Positions 25,901 through 37,900 of a stretch of DNA of 64,000 nt are shown here, in pieces. Below the pieces are notes generated by a model. The model did no database searches. It was not told the origin of the DNA and was given only the letters and a program-made list of their open reading frames with translations. Origin of the DNA: Utricularia gibba (lineage: Eukaryota; Plantae; Magnoliophyta); assembly GCA_002189035.1 (NCBI GenBank), contig NEEC01000111.1, forward strand, positions 22,527 through 86,526. Direction: 5' to 3'. The position numbers and the translations under genes are program-made. Positions within the stretch are counted from its first letter, which is position 1. The number at the start of each line of letters is the position of its first letter.

Positions 25901-28900
25901 TCCGAGCATGGCGTGCAAGCGGGCGTCCCTTGTGAGTCATTCCCCGCGCATGCTCGAGCATGGCGTGCGGCGGGCGTCCCGCGCGAGGCCATCCCCGCGC
26001 ATGTTCGATCATGGCGTGCGGGGGGGCGTCCCGCGCGAGGCCATGCCCGCCCATGTCCGAGCATGGCGTGCGTCCCGTGGGAGTCATTCCCCGCGCATGC
26101 TCGAGCATGGCGCGCGGGCGGCCGTCCCGCGCGAGACATTCCCCGCGCATGCTCGAGCAAGGCGTGCGGGCGGGCGTCCATGGCGAGTCACCGCCCCACG
26201 CATGCGCGCGGACGCCCGTCCCGCGCGAGACATCGAACGTGCTTGCTCGAGCATCTTGAGGGGGAACCCACCCCTACTCGCCCCGATGGAGGTGCTGCCT
26301 CCACGCCATGCCCACGGAGCCGGCGCCGCACGCCTGGGGCACACCGCCCCCCGAGGGTGGGCCGGGTGCCTCTCGAGACACCTCCCCCCTCAAGAAGGGA
26401 GAACATGCCAAAACCCAGGTGGCGGCACTGGACATCCAAATGTTGAAAAAAGCGTGGCTTTTTTCGGTGGGCCACAAGGCGCCCCGAGGGTGGGCCCAGT
26501 GCCTCCAGAGACACCTCCCCCCTCAAGAAGGGAGATCATGCCAAAAGGGAGGTGGCGGCACTGGACATCCAAATGCCCAAAAAAGCATGACTTTTCTCGA
26601 AAGGCCATTCTGGACGAGCCATCGCCTAGCATGCTCGAGCGCGGCGTGCGTCCGCGCGAGGCCATGCCCGCCCATGTCCGAGCATGGCGCGCGGGCGGGC
26701 GTCCCGCGGGAGACATTCCCCGCCCATGTCCGAGCATGGCGTGCAAGCGGGCGTCCCTTGTGAGTCATTCCCCGCGCATGCTCGAGCATGGCGTGCGGGC
26801 GGGCGTCCCGCGCGAGGCCATCCCCGCGCATGTTCGATCATGGCGTGCGGGGGGCGTCCCGCGCGAGCCATGCCGCCCATGTCCGAGCATGGCGCGCGGG
26901 CGGGCGTCCCGCGCGAGACATTCCCCCCCATGTCCGAGCATGGCGTGCGGCGGGCGTCCGCGCGAGACATTCCCCGCGCATGCTCGAGCATGGCGCGCGG
27001 GCGGCCGTCCCCGCGCGAGACATTCCCCGCGCATGGCGTGCGGACGCCCGTCCCGCGCGAGACATCGAACGTGCTTGCTCGAGCATCTTGAGGGGAACCC
27101 ACCCCTACTCGCCCCGATGGAGGTGCTGCCTCCACGCCATGCCCACGGAGCCGGCGCCGCACGCCTGGGGCACACCGCCCCCGAGGGTGGGCCGGGTGCC
27201 TCTCGAGACACCTCCCCCTCAAGAAGGGAGAACATGCCAAAACCCAGGTGGCGGCACTGGACATCCAAATGTTGAAAAAAGCGTGGCTTTTTTCGGTGGG
27301 CCACAAGGCGCCCCGAGGGTGGGCCCAGTGCCTCCAGAGACACCTCCCCCCTCAAGAAGGGAGATCATGCCAAAAGGGAGGTGGCGGCACTGGACATCCA
27401 AATGCCCAAAAAAGCATGACTTTTCTCGAAAGGCCATTCTGGACGAGCCATCGCCTAGCATGCTCGAGCGCGGCGTGCGTCCCGCGCGAGGCCATGCCCG
27501 CCCATGTCCGAGCATGGCGCGCGGGCGGGCGTCCCGCGGGAGACATTCCCCGCCCATGTCCGAGCATGGCGTGCAAGCGGGCGTCCCTTGTGAGTCATTC
27601 CCCGCGCATGCTCGAGCATGGCGTGGGCGGGCGTCCGCGCGAGGCCATCCCCGCGCATGTTCGATCATGGCGTGCGGGGGCGTCCCGCGCGCCATGCCGC
27701 CCATGTCCGAGCATGGCGCGCGCGGGCGTCCCGCGCGAGACATTCCCCGCCCATGTCCGAGCATGGCGTGCGGGCGGGGCGTCCCGCGCGAGACATTCCC
27801 CGCGCATGCTCGAGCATGTGCGAGCCGCGCAGACGCCCGTCCCCGCGAGACATCGAACGTGCTTGCTCGAGCATCTTGAGGGGAACCCACCCCTACTCGC
27901 CCCGATGGAGGTGCTGCCTCCACGCCATGCCCACGGAGCCGGCGCCGCACGCCTGGGGCACACCGCCCCCGAGGGTGGGCCGGGTGCCTCTCGAGACACC
28001 TCCCCCCTCAAGAAGGGAGAACATGCCAAAACCCAGGTGGCGGCACTGGACATCCAAATGTTGAAAAAAGCGTGGCTTTTTTCGGTGGGCCACAAGCGCC
28101 CCGAGGTGGGCCCAGTGCCTCCAGAGACACCTCCCCCCTCAAGAAGGGAGATCATGCCAAAAGGGAGGTGGCGGCACTGGACATCCAAATGCCCAAAAAA
28201 GCATGACTTTTCTCGAAAGGCCATTCTGGACGAGCCATCGCCTAGCATGCTCGAGCGCGGCGTGCGTCCCGCGCGAGGCCATGCCCGCCCATGTCCGAGC
28301 ATGGCGCGCGGGCGGGCGTCCCGCGGAGACATTCCCCGCCCATGTCCGAGCATGGCGTGCAAGCGGGCGTCCCTTGTGAGTCATTCCCGCGCATGCTCGA
28401 GCATGCGTGCGGGCGGGCGTCCGCGCGAGGCCATCCCCGCGCATGTTCGATCATGGCGTGCGGGGGGCGTCCCGCGCGAGCCATGCCCGCCCATGTCCGA
28501 GCATGGCGCGCGGGCGGGCGTCCCGCGCGAGACACATGCGAGCATGGCGGCGCGGGCGTCCCGCGCAGACATTCCCCGCGCATGCTCGAGCATGGCGCGC
28601 GGGCGGGCCGTCCGCGCGAGACATTCCCCGCGCATGGCGTGCGGACGTCCCGCGCGAGACATCGAACGTGCTTGCTCGAGCATCTTGAGGGGAACCCACC
28701 CCTACTCGCCCCGATGGAGGTGCTGCCTCCACGCCATGCCCACGGAGCCGGCGCCGCACGCCTGGGGCACACCGCCCCCGAGGGTGGGCCGGGTGCCTCT
28801 CGAGACACCTCCCCCCTCAAGAAGGGAGAACATGCCAAAACCCAGGTGGCGGCACTGGACATCCAAATGTTGAAAAAAGCGTGGCTTTTTTCGGTGGGCC

Positions 28901-31900
28901 ACAAGGCGCCCCGAGGGTGGGCCCAGTGCCTCCAGAGACACCTCCCCCCTCAAGAAGGGAGATCATGCCAAAAGGGAGTGGCGGCACTGGACATCCAAAT
29001 GCCCAAAAAAGCATGACTTTTCTCGAAAGGCCATTCTGGACGAGCCATCGCCTAGCATGCTCGAGCGCGGCGTGCGTCCCGCGCGAGGCCATGCCCGCCC
29101 ATGTCCGAGCATGGCCGCGGGCGGCGTCCCGCGGGAGACATTCCCCGCCCATGTCCGAGCATGGCGTGCAAGCGGGCGTCCCTTGTGAGTCATTCCCCGC
29201 GCATGCTCGAGCATGGCGTGCGGGCGGGCGTCCCGCGCGAGGCCATCCCCGCGCATGTTCGATCATGGCGGCGGGGGCGTCCCGCGCGAGGCCATGCCCG
29301 CCCATGTCCGAGCATGGCGTGCGGCGGGCGTCCCGTGGGAGTCATTCCCCGCGCATGCTCGAGCATGGCGCGCGGGCGGCCGTCCCGCGCGAGACATTCC
29401 CGCGCATGCTCGAGCAACGGCGGGCGTCCATGGCGAGTCACCGCCCCACGCATGGCGTGCGGACGCCCGTCCCGCGCGAGACATCGAACGTGCTTGCTCG
29501 AGCATCTTGAGGGGGAACCCACCCCTACTCGCCCCGATGGAGGTGCTGCCTCCACGCCATGCCCACGAGCCGGCGCCGCACGCCTGGGCACACCGCCCCC
29601 CGAGGGTGGGCCGGGTGCCTCTCGAGACACCTCCCCCCTCAAGAAGGGAGAACATGCCAAAACCCAGGTGGCGGCACTGGACATCCAAATGTTGAAAAAA
29701 GCGTGGCTTTTTTCGGTGGGCCACAAGGCGCCCCGAGGGTGGGCCCAGTGCCTCCAGAGACACCTCCCCCCTCAAGAAGGGAGATCATGCCAAAGGGAGG
29801 TGGCGGCACTGGACATCCAAATGTCAAAAAACATGACTTTTCTCGAAAGGCCATTCTGGACGAGCCATCGCCTAGCCCCGCGCATGCTCGAGCATGGCGT
29901 GCGGGCGGGCGTCCCGCGCGAGGCCATCCCCGCGCATGTTCGATCATGCGTGCGGGGGGCGTGCCATGCCCCCCATGTCCGAGCATGGCGCGCGCGGGCG
30001 TCCCGCGCGAGACATTCCCGCCCATGTCCGAGCATGGCGTGCGGGCGGGCGTCCCGCGCGAGACATTCCCCGCGCATGCTCGAGCATGGCGCGCGGGGCC
30101 GTCCCGCGCGAGACATTCCCCGCGCATGGCGTGCGGACGCCCGTCCCGCGCGAGACATCGAACGTGCTTGCTCGAGCATCTTGAGGGGAACCCACCCCTA
30201 CTCGCCCCGATGGAGGTGCTGCCTCCACGCCATGCCCACGGAGCCGGCGCCGCACGCCTGGGGCACACCGCCCCCGAGGGTGGGCCGGGTGCCTCTCGAG
30301 ACACCTCCCCCCTCAAGAAGGGAGAACATGCCAAAACCCAGGTGGCGGCACTGGACATCCAAATGTTGAAAAAAGCGTGGCTTTTTTCGGTGGGCCACAA
30401 GGCGCCCCGAGGGTGGCCCAGTGCCTCCAGAGACACCTCCCCCTCAAGAAGGGAGATCATGCCAAAAGGGAGGTGGCGGCACTGGACATCCAAATGCCCA
30501 AAAAAGCATGACTTTTCTCGAAAGGCCATTCTGGACGAGCCATCGCCTAGCATGCTCGAGCGCGGCGTGCGTCCCGCGCGAGGCCATGCCCGCCCATGTC
30601 CGAGCATGGCGCGCGGCGGGCGTCCGCGGGAGACATTCCCCGCCCATGTCCGAGCATGGCGTGCAAGCGGGCGTCCCTTGTGAGTCATTCCCCGCGCATG
30701 CTCGAGCATGGCGTGCGGGCGGCGTCCCGCGCGAGGCCATCCGCGCATGTTCGATCATGGCGTGCGGGGGCGTCCCGCGCGAGGCCATGCCCGCCCATGT
30801 CCGGCCCGGGCGGGCGTCCCGTGGGAGTGCCTCCAGAGACACCTCCCCCCTCAAGAAGGGAGATCATGCCAAAAGGGAGGTGGCGGCACTGGACATCCAA
30901 ATGCCCAAAAAAGCATGACTTTTCTCGAAAGGCCATTCTGGACGAGCCATCGCCTAGCATGCTCGAGCGCGGCGTGCGTCCCGCGCGAGGCCATGCCCGC
31001 CCATGTCCGAGCATGGCGCGCGGGCGGCGTCCCGCGGGAGACATTCCCCGCCCATGTCCGAGCATGGCGTGCAAGCGGGCGTCCCTTGTGAGTCATTCCC
31101 GCGCATGCTCGAGCATGGCGTGCGGGCGGGCGTCCCGCGCGAGGCCATCCCCGCGCATGTTCGATCATGGCGTGCGGGGGGCGTCCCGCGCGAGGGTGGG
31201 CCATGCCTCCCCGCCCATGTCCGAGCATGGCGGACGAGCCATCGCGGGCGGGCGTCCCGAGGCCATGCATTCCCCGCGCGGCGGCGTCCCGCGGGATGCC
31301 CATCGAGCATGGCGCGCGGGCGTCCCCGCGCGAGACATTCCCCGCGCATGCTCGAGCATGGCGTGCGGGCGGGCGTCCCGAGGCGCATGCGGGCGGCGTC
31401 CATGGCGAGTCACCGCCCACGCATGGCGTGCGGACGCCCGTCCCGCGCGAGACATCGAACGTGCTTGCTCGAGCATCTTGAGGGGAACCCACCCCTACTC
31501 GCCCCGATGGAGGTGCTGCCTCCACGCCATGCCCACGGAGCCGGCGCCGCACGCCTGGGGCACACCGCCCCCCGAGGGTGGGCCGGGTGCCTCTCGAGAC
31601 ACCTCCCCCCTCAAGAAGGGAGAACATGCCAAAACCCAGGTGGCGGCACTGGACATCCAAATGTTGAAAAAAGCGTGGCTTTTTTCGGTGGGCCACAAGG
31701 CGCCCCGAGGGTGGGCCCAGTGCCTCCAGAGACACCTCCCCCCTCAAGAAGGGAGATCATGCCAAAAGGGAGGTGGCGGCACTGGACATCCAAATGCCCA
31801 AAAAAGCATGACTTTTCTCGAAAGGCCATTCTGGACGAGCCATCGCCTAGCATGCTCGAGCGCGGCGTGCGTCCCGCGCGAGGCCATGCCCGCCCATGTC

Positions 31901-34900
31901 CGAGCATGGCGCGCGGCGGGCGTCCCGCGGGAGACATTCCCCGCCCATGTCCGAGCATGGCGTGCAAGCGGGCGTCCCTTGTGAGTCATTCCCCGCGCAT
32001 GCTCGAGCATGGCGTGCGGCGGGCGTCCCGCGCGAGGCCATCCCCGCGCATGTTCGATCATGGCGTGCGGGGGTCCCGCGCGAGCCATGCCGCCCATGTC
32101 CGAGCATGGCCCCGCGCGAGACATTCCCCGCCCATGTCCGAGCATGGCGCGGGCGGGCGTCCCGCGCGAGACATTCCCCGCGCATGCTCGAGCACGCGTC
32201 CCGCGCGAGACATTCCCCGCGCATGGCGTGCGGACGCCCGTGCGCGAGACATCGAACGTGCTTGCTCGAGCATCTTGAGGGGGAACCCACCCCTACTCGC
32301 CCCGATGGAGGTGCTGCCTCCACGCCATGCCCACGGAGCCGGCGCCGCACGCCTGGGGCACACCGCCCCCCGAGGGTGGGCCGGGTGCCTCTCGAGACAC
32401 CTCCCCCTCAAGAAGGGAGAACATGCCAAAACCCAGGTGGCGGCACTGGACATCCAAATGTTGAAAAAAGCGTGGCTTTTTTCGGTGGGCCACAAGGCGC
32501 CCCGAGGGTGGGCCCAGTGCCTCCAGAGACACCTCCCCCCTCAAGAAGGGAGATCATGCCAAAAGGGAGGTGGCGGCACTGGACATCCAAATGCCCAAAA
32601 AAGCATGACTTTTCTCGAAAGGCCATTCTGGACGAGCCATCGCCTAGCATGCTCGAGCGCGGCGTGCGTCCCGCGCGAGGCCATGCCCGCCCATGTCCGA
32701 GCATGGCGCGCGGGCGGGCGTCCCGCGGGAGACATTCCCCGCCCATGTCCGAGCATGGCGTGCAAGCGGGCGTCCCTTGTGAGTCATTCCCCGCGCATGC
32801 TCGAGCATGGCGTGCGGGCGGGCGTCCCGCGCGAGGCCATCCCCGCGCATGTTCGATCATGGCGTGCGGGGGCGTCCGCGCGAGGCCATGCCCGCCCATG
32901 TCCGAGCATGGCGCGCGGGCGGGCGTCCGCGCGAGACATTCCCCGCCCATGTCCGAGCATGGCGTGCGGCGGGCGTCCCGCGCGAGACATTCCCCGCGCA
33001 TGCTCGAGCATGGCGCGCGGGCGGCCGTCCCGCGCGAGACATTCCCCGCGCATGGCGTGCGGACGCCCGTCCCGCGCGAGACATCGAACGTGCTTGCTCG
33101 AGCATCTTGAGGGGGAACCCACCCCTACTCGCCCCGATGGAGGTGCTGCCTCCACGCCATGCCCACGGAGCCGGCGCCGCACGCCTGGGGCACACCGCCC
33201 CCGAGGGTGGGCCGGGTGCCTCTCGAGACACCTCCCCCCTCAAGAAGGGAGAACATGCCAAAACCCAGGTGGCGGCACTGGACATCCAAATGTTGAAAAA
33301 AGCGTGGCTTTTTTCGGTGGGCCACAAGGCGCCCCGAGGGTGGGCCCAGTGCCTCCAGAGACACCTCCCCCCTCAAGAAGGGAGATCATGCCAAAAGGGA
33401 GGTGGCGGCACTGGACATCCAAATGCCCAAAAAAGCATGACTTTTCTCGAAAGGCCATTCTGGACGAGCCATCGCCTAGCATGCTCGAGCGCGGCGTGCG
33501 TCCCGCGCGAGGCCATGCCCGCCCATGTCCGAGCATGGCGCGGGCGGGCGTCCCGCGGGAGACATTCCCCGCCCATGTCCGAGCATGGCGTGCAAGCGGG
33601 CGTCCCTTGTGAGTCATTCCCCGCGCATGCTCGAGCATGGCGTGCGGGCGGGCGTCCCGCGCGAGGCCATCCCCGCGCATGTTCGATCATGGCGTGCGGG
33701 GGGCGTCCCGCGCGAGGCCATGCCCGCCCATGTCCGAGCATGGCGTGCGGGCGGGCGTCCCGGGAGTCATTCCCCGCGCATGCTCGAGCATGGCGCGCGG
33801 GCGGCCGTCCCGCGCGAGACATTCCCCGCGCATGCGCAAGGCGTGCGGGCGGGCGTCCATGGCGAGTCACCGCCCCACGCATGGCGTGCGGACGCCCGTC
33901 CCGCGCGAGACATCGAACGTGCTTGCTCGAGCATCTTGAGGGGGAACCCACCCCTACTCGCCCCGATGGAGGTGCTGCCTCCACGCCATGCCCACGGAGC
34001 CGGCGCCGCACGCCTGGGGCACACCGCCCCCGAGGGTGGGCCGGGTGCCTCTCGAGACACCTCCCCCCTCAAGAAGGGAGAACATGCCAAAACCCAGGTG
34101 GCGGCACTGGACATCCAAATGTTGAAAAAAGCGTGGCTTTTTTCGGTGGGCCACAAGGCGCCCCGAGGGTGGGCCCAGTGCCTCCAGAGACACCTCCCCC
34201 CTCAAGAAGGGAGATCATGCCAAAAGGGAGGTGGCGGCACTGGACATCCAAATGCCCAAAAAAGCATGACTTTTCTCGAAAGGCCATTCTGGACGAGCCA
34301 TCGCCTAGCATGCTCGAGCGCGGCGTGCGTCCCGCGCGAGGCCATGCCCGCCCATGTCCGAGCATGGCGCGCGGGCGGGCGTCCCGCGGGAGACATTCCC
34401 CGCCCATGTCCGAGCATGGCGTGCAAGCGGGCGTCCCTTGTGAGTCATTCCCCGCGCATGCTCGAGCATGGCGTGCGGGCGGGCGTCCCGCGCGAGGCCA
34501 TCCCCGCGCATGTTCGATCATGGCGTGCGGGGGGCGTCCCGCGCGAGGCCATGCCCGCCCATGTCCGAGCATGGCGTGCGGGCGGCGTCCCGTGGGAGTC
34601 ATTCCCCGCGCATGCTCGAGCATGGCGCGCGGCGGCCGTCCCGCGCGAGACATTCCCCGCGCATGCTGAGCAAGGCGTGCGGGCGGGCGTCCATGGCGAG
34701 TCACCGCCCCACGCATGGCGTGCGGACGCCCGTCCCGCGCGAGACATCGAACGTGCTTGCTCGAGCATCTTGAGGGGGAACCCACCCCTACTCGCCCCGA
34801 TGGAGGTGCTGCCTCCACGCCATGCCCACGGAGCCGGCGCCGCACGCCTGGGGCACACCGCCCCCCGAGGGTGGGCCGGGTGCCTCTCGAGACACCTCCC

Positions 34901-37900
34901 CCCTCAAGAAGGGAGAACATGCCAAAACCCAGGTGGCGGCACTGGACATCCAAATGTTGAAAAAAGCGTGGCTTTTTTCGGTGGGCACAAAGGCGCCCCG
35001 AGGGTGGGCCCAGTGCCTCCAGAGACACCTCCCCCCTCAAGAAGGGAGATCATGCCAAAAGGGAGGTGGCGGCACTGGACATCCAAATGCCCAAAAAAGC
35101 ATGACTTTTCTCGAAAGGCCATTCTGGACGAGCCATCGCCTAGCATGCTCGAGCGCGGCGTGCGTCCCGCGCGAGGCCATGCCCGCCCATGTCCGAGCAT
35201 GGCGCGCGGGGGCGTCCCGCGGGAGACATTCCCCGCCCATGTCCGAGCATGGCGTGCAAGCGGGCGTCCCTTGTGAGTCATTCCCCGCGCATGCTCGAGC
35301 ATGGCGTGCGGCGGGCGTCCCGCGCGAGGCCATCCCGCGCATGTTCGATCATGGCGTGCGGGGGCGTCCCGCGCCATGCCCGCCCATGTCGAGCAGCGTC
35401 CCGCGCCATTCCCCGCCCATGTCCGAGCATGGCGCGGGCGGGCGTCCCGCGCGAGACATTCCCCGCGCATGCTCGAGCATGGGCGCGGGCGCCGTCCGCG
35501 CCCCCGCGCATGGCGTGCGGACGCCCGTCCCGCGCGAGACATCGAACGTGCTTGCTCGAGCATCTTGAGGGGAACCCACCCCTACTCGCCCCGATGGAGG
35601 TGCTGCCTCCACGCCATGCCCACGGAGCCGGCGCCGCACGCCTGGGGCACACCGCCCCCCGAGGGTGGGCCGGGTGCCTCTCGAGACACCTCCCCCCTCA
35701 AGAAGGGAGAACATGCCAAAACCCAGGTGGCGGCACTGGACATCCAAATGTTGAAAAAAGCGTGGCTTTTTTCGGTGGGCCACAAGGCGCCCCGAGGGTG
35801 GGCCCAGTGCCTCCAGAGACACCTCCCCCCTCAGAAGGGAGATCATGCCAAAAGGGAGGTGGCGGCACTGGACATCCAAATGCCCAAAAAAGCATGACTT
35901 TTCTCGAAAGGCCATTCTGGACGAGCCATCGCCTAGCATGCTCGAGCGCGGCGTGCGTCCCGCGCGAGGCCATGCCCGCCCATGTCCGAGCATGGCGCGC
36001 GGGCGGGCGTCCCGCGGAGACATTCCCCGCCCATGTCCGAGCATGGCGTGCAAGCGGGCGTCCCTTGTGAGTCATTCCCCGCGCATGCTCGAGCATGGCG
36101 TGCGGGCGGGCGTCCCGCGCAGGCCATCCCCGCGCATGTTCGATCATGGCGTGCGGGGGGCGTCCGCGCGAGGCCATGCCCGCCCATGTCCGAGCATGGC
36201 GCGCGGGCGGCGTCCGCGCGAGACATTCCCCGCCCATGTCCGAGCATGGCGTGCGGGCGGGCGCCGCGCGAGACATTCCCCGCGCATGCTCGAGCATGGC
36301 GCGCGGGCGGCCGTCCCCGCGAGACATTCCCGCGCATGGCGTGCGGACGCCCGTCCGCGCGAGACATCGAACGTGCTTGCTCGAGCATCTTGAGGGGGAA
36401 CCCACCCCTACTCGCCCCGATGGAGGTGCTGCCTCCACGCCATGCCCACGGAGCCGGCGCCGCACGCCTGGGGCACACCGCCCCCGAGGGTGGGCCGGGT
36501 GCCTCTCGAGACACCTCCCCCCTCAAGAAGGGAGAACATGCCAAAACCCAGGTGGCGGCACTGGACATCCAAATGTTGAAAAAAGCGTGGCTTTTTTCGG
36601 TGGGCCACAAGGCGCCCCGAGGGTGGGCCCAGTGCCTCCAGAGACACCTCCCCCCTCAAGAAGGGAGATCATGCCAAAAGGGAGGTGGCGGCACTGGACA
36701 TCCAAATGCCCAAAAAAGCATGACTTTTCTCGAAAGGCCATTCTGGACGAGCCATCGCCTAGCATGCTCGAGCGCGGCGTGCGTCCCGCGCGAGGCCATG
36801 CCCGCCCATGTCCGAGCATGGCGCGCGGGCGGGCGTCCCGCGGGAGACATTCCCCGCCCATGTCCGAGCATGGCGTGCAAGCGGGCGTCCCTTGTGAGTC
36901 ATTCCCCGCGCATGCTCGAGCATGGCGTGCGGGCGGGCGTCCCGCGCGAGGCCATCCCCGCGCATGTTCGATCATGGCGTGCGGGGGGGCGTCCCGCGCG
37001 AGGCCATGCCCGCCCATGTCCGAGCATGGCGTGCGGGCGGGCGTCCCGTGGGAGTCATTCCCCGCGCATGCTCGAGCATGGCGCGCGGGCCGTCCCGCGC
37101 GAGACATTCCCCGCGCATGCTGAGCAAGGCGTGCGGGCGGGCGTCCATGGCGAGTCACCGCCCCACGCATGGCGTGCGGACGCCCGTCCGCGCGAGACAT
37201 CGAACGTGCTTGCTCGAGCATCTTGAGGGGGAACCCACCCCTACTCGCCCCGATGGAGGTGCTGCCTCCACGCCATGCCCACGGAGCCGGCGCCGCACGC
37301 CTGGGGCACACCGCCCCCGAGGTGGGCCGGGTGCCTCTCGAGACACCTCCCCCCTCAAGAAGGGAGAACATGCCAAAACCCAGGTGCGGCACTGGACATC
37401 CAAATGTTGAAAAAAGCGTGGCTTTTTTCGGTGGGCCACAAGGCGCCCGAGGGTGGGCCCAGTGCCTCCAGAGACACCTCCCCCCTCAAGAAGGGAGATC
37501 ATGCCAAAAGGGAGGTGCGGCACTGGACATCCAAATGCCCAAAAAAGCATGACTTTTCTCGAAAGGCCATTCTGGACGAGCCATCGCCTAGCATGCTCGA
37601 GCGCGGCGTGCGTCCCGCGCGGCCATGCCCGCCCATGTCCGAGCATGGCGCGCGCGGGCGTCCCGCGGGAGACATTCCCCGCCCATGTCCGAGCATGGCG
37701 CAAGCGGGCGTCCCTTGTGAGTCATTCCCCGCGCATGCTCGAGCATGGCGTGCGGCGGGCGTCCCGCGCGAGGCCATCCCGCGCATGTTCGATCATGGCG
37801 TGCGGGGGGCGTCCCGCGCGAGGCCATGCCCGCCCATGTCCGAGCATGGCGTGCGGCGGGCGTCCCGTGGAGTCATTCCCCGCGCATGCTCGAGCATGGC

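Noticed and set aside
24354-27275. Long ORFs (973 aa here; also 835, 869, 668 aa and many others) in the spacer array
   Set aside because: They are translations of the GC-rich tandem repeat, open in several frames on both strands, with repeated low-complexity peptides and no recognisable domain.
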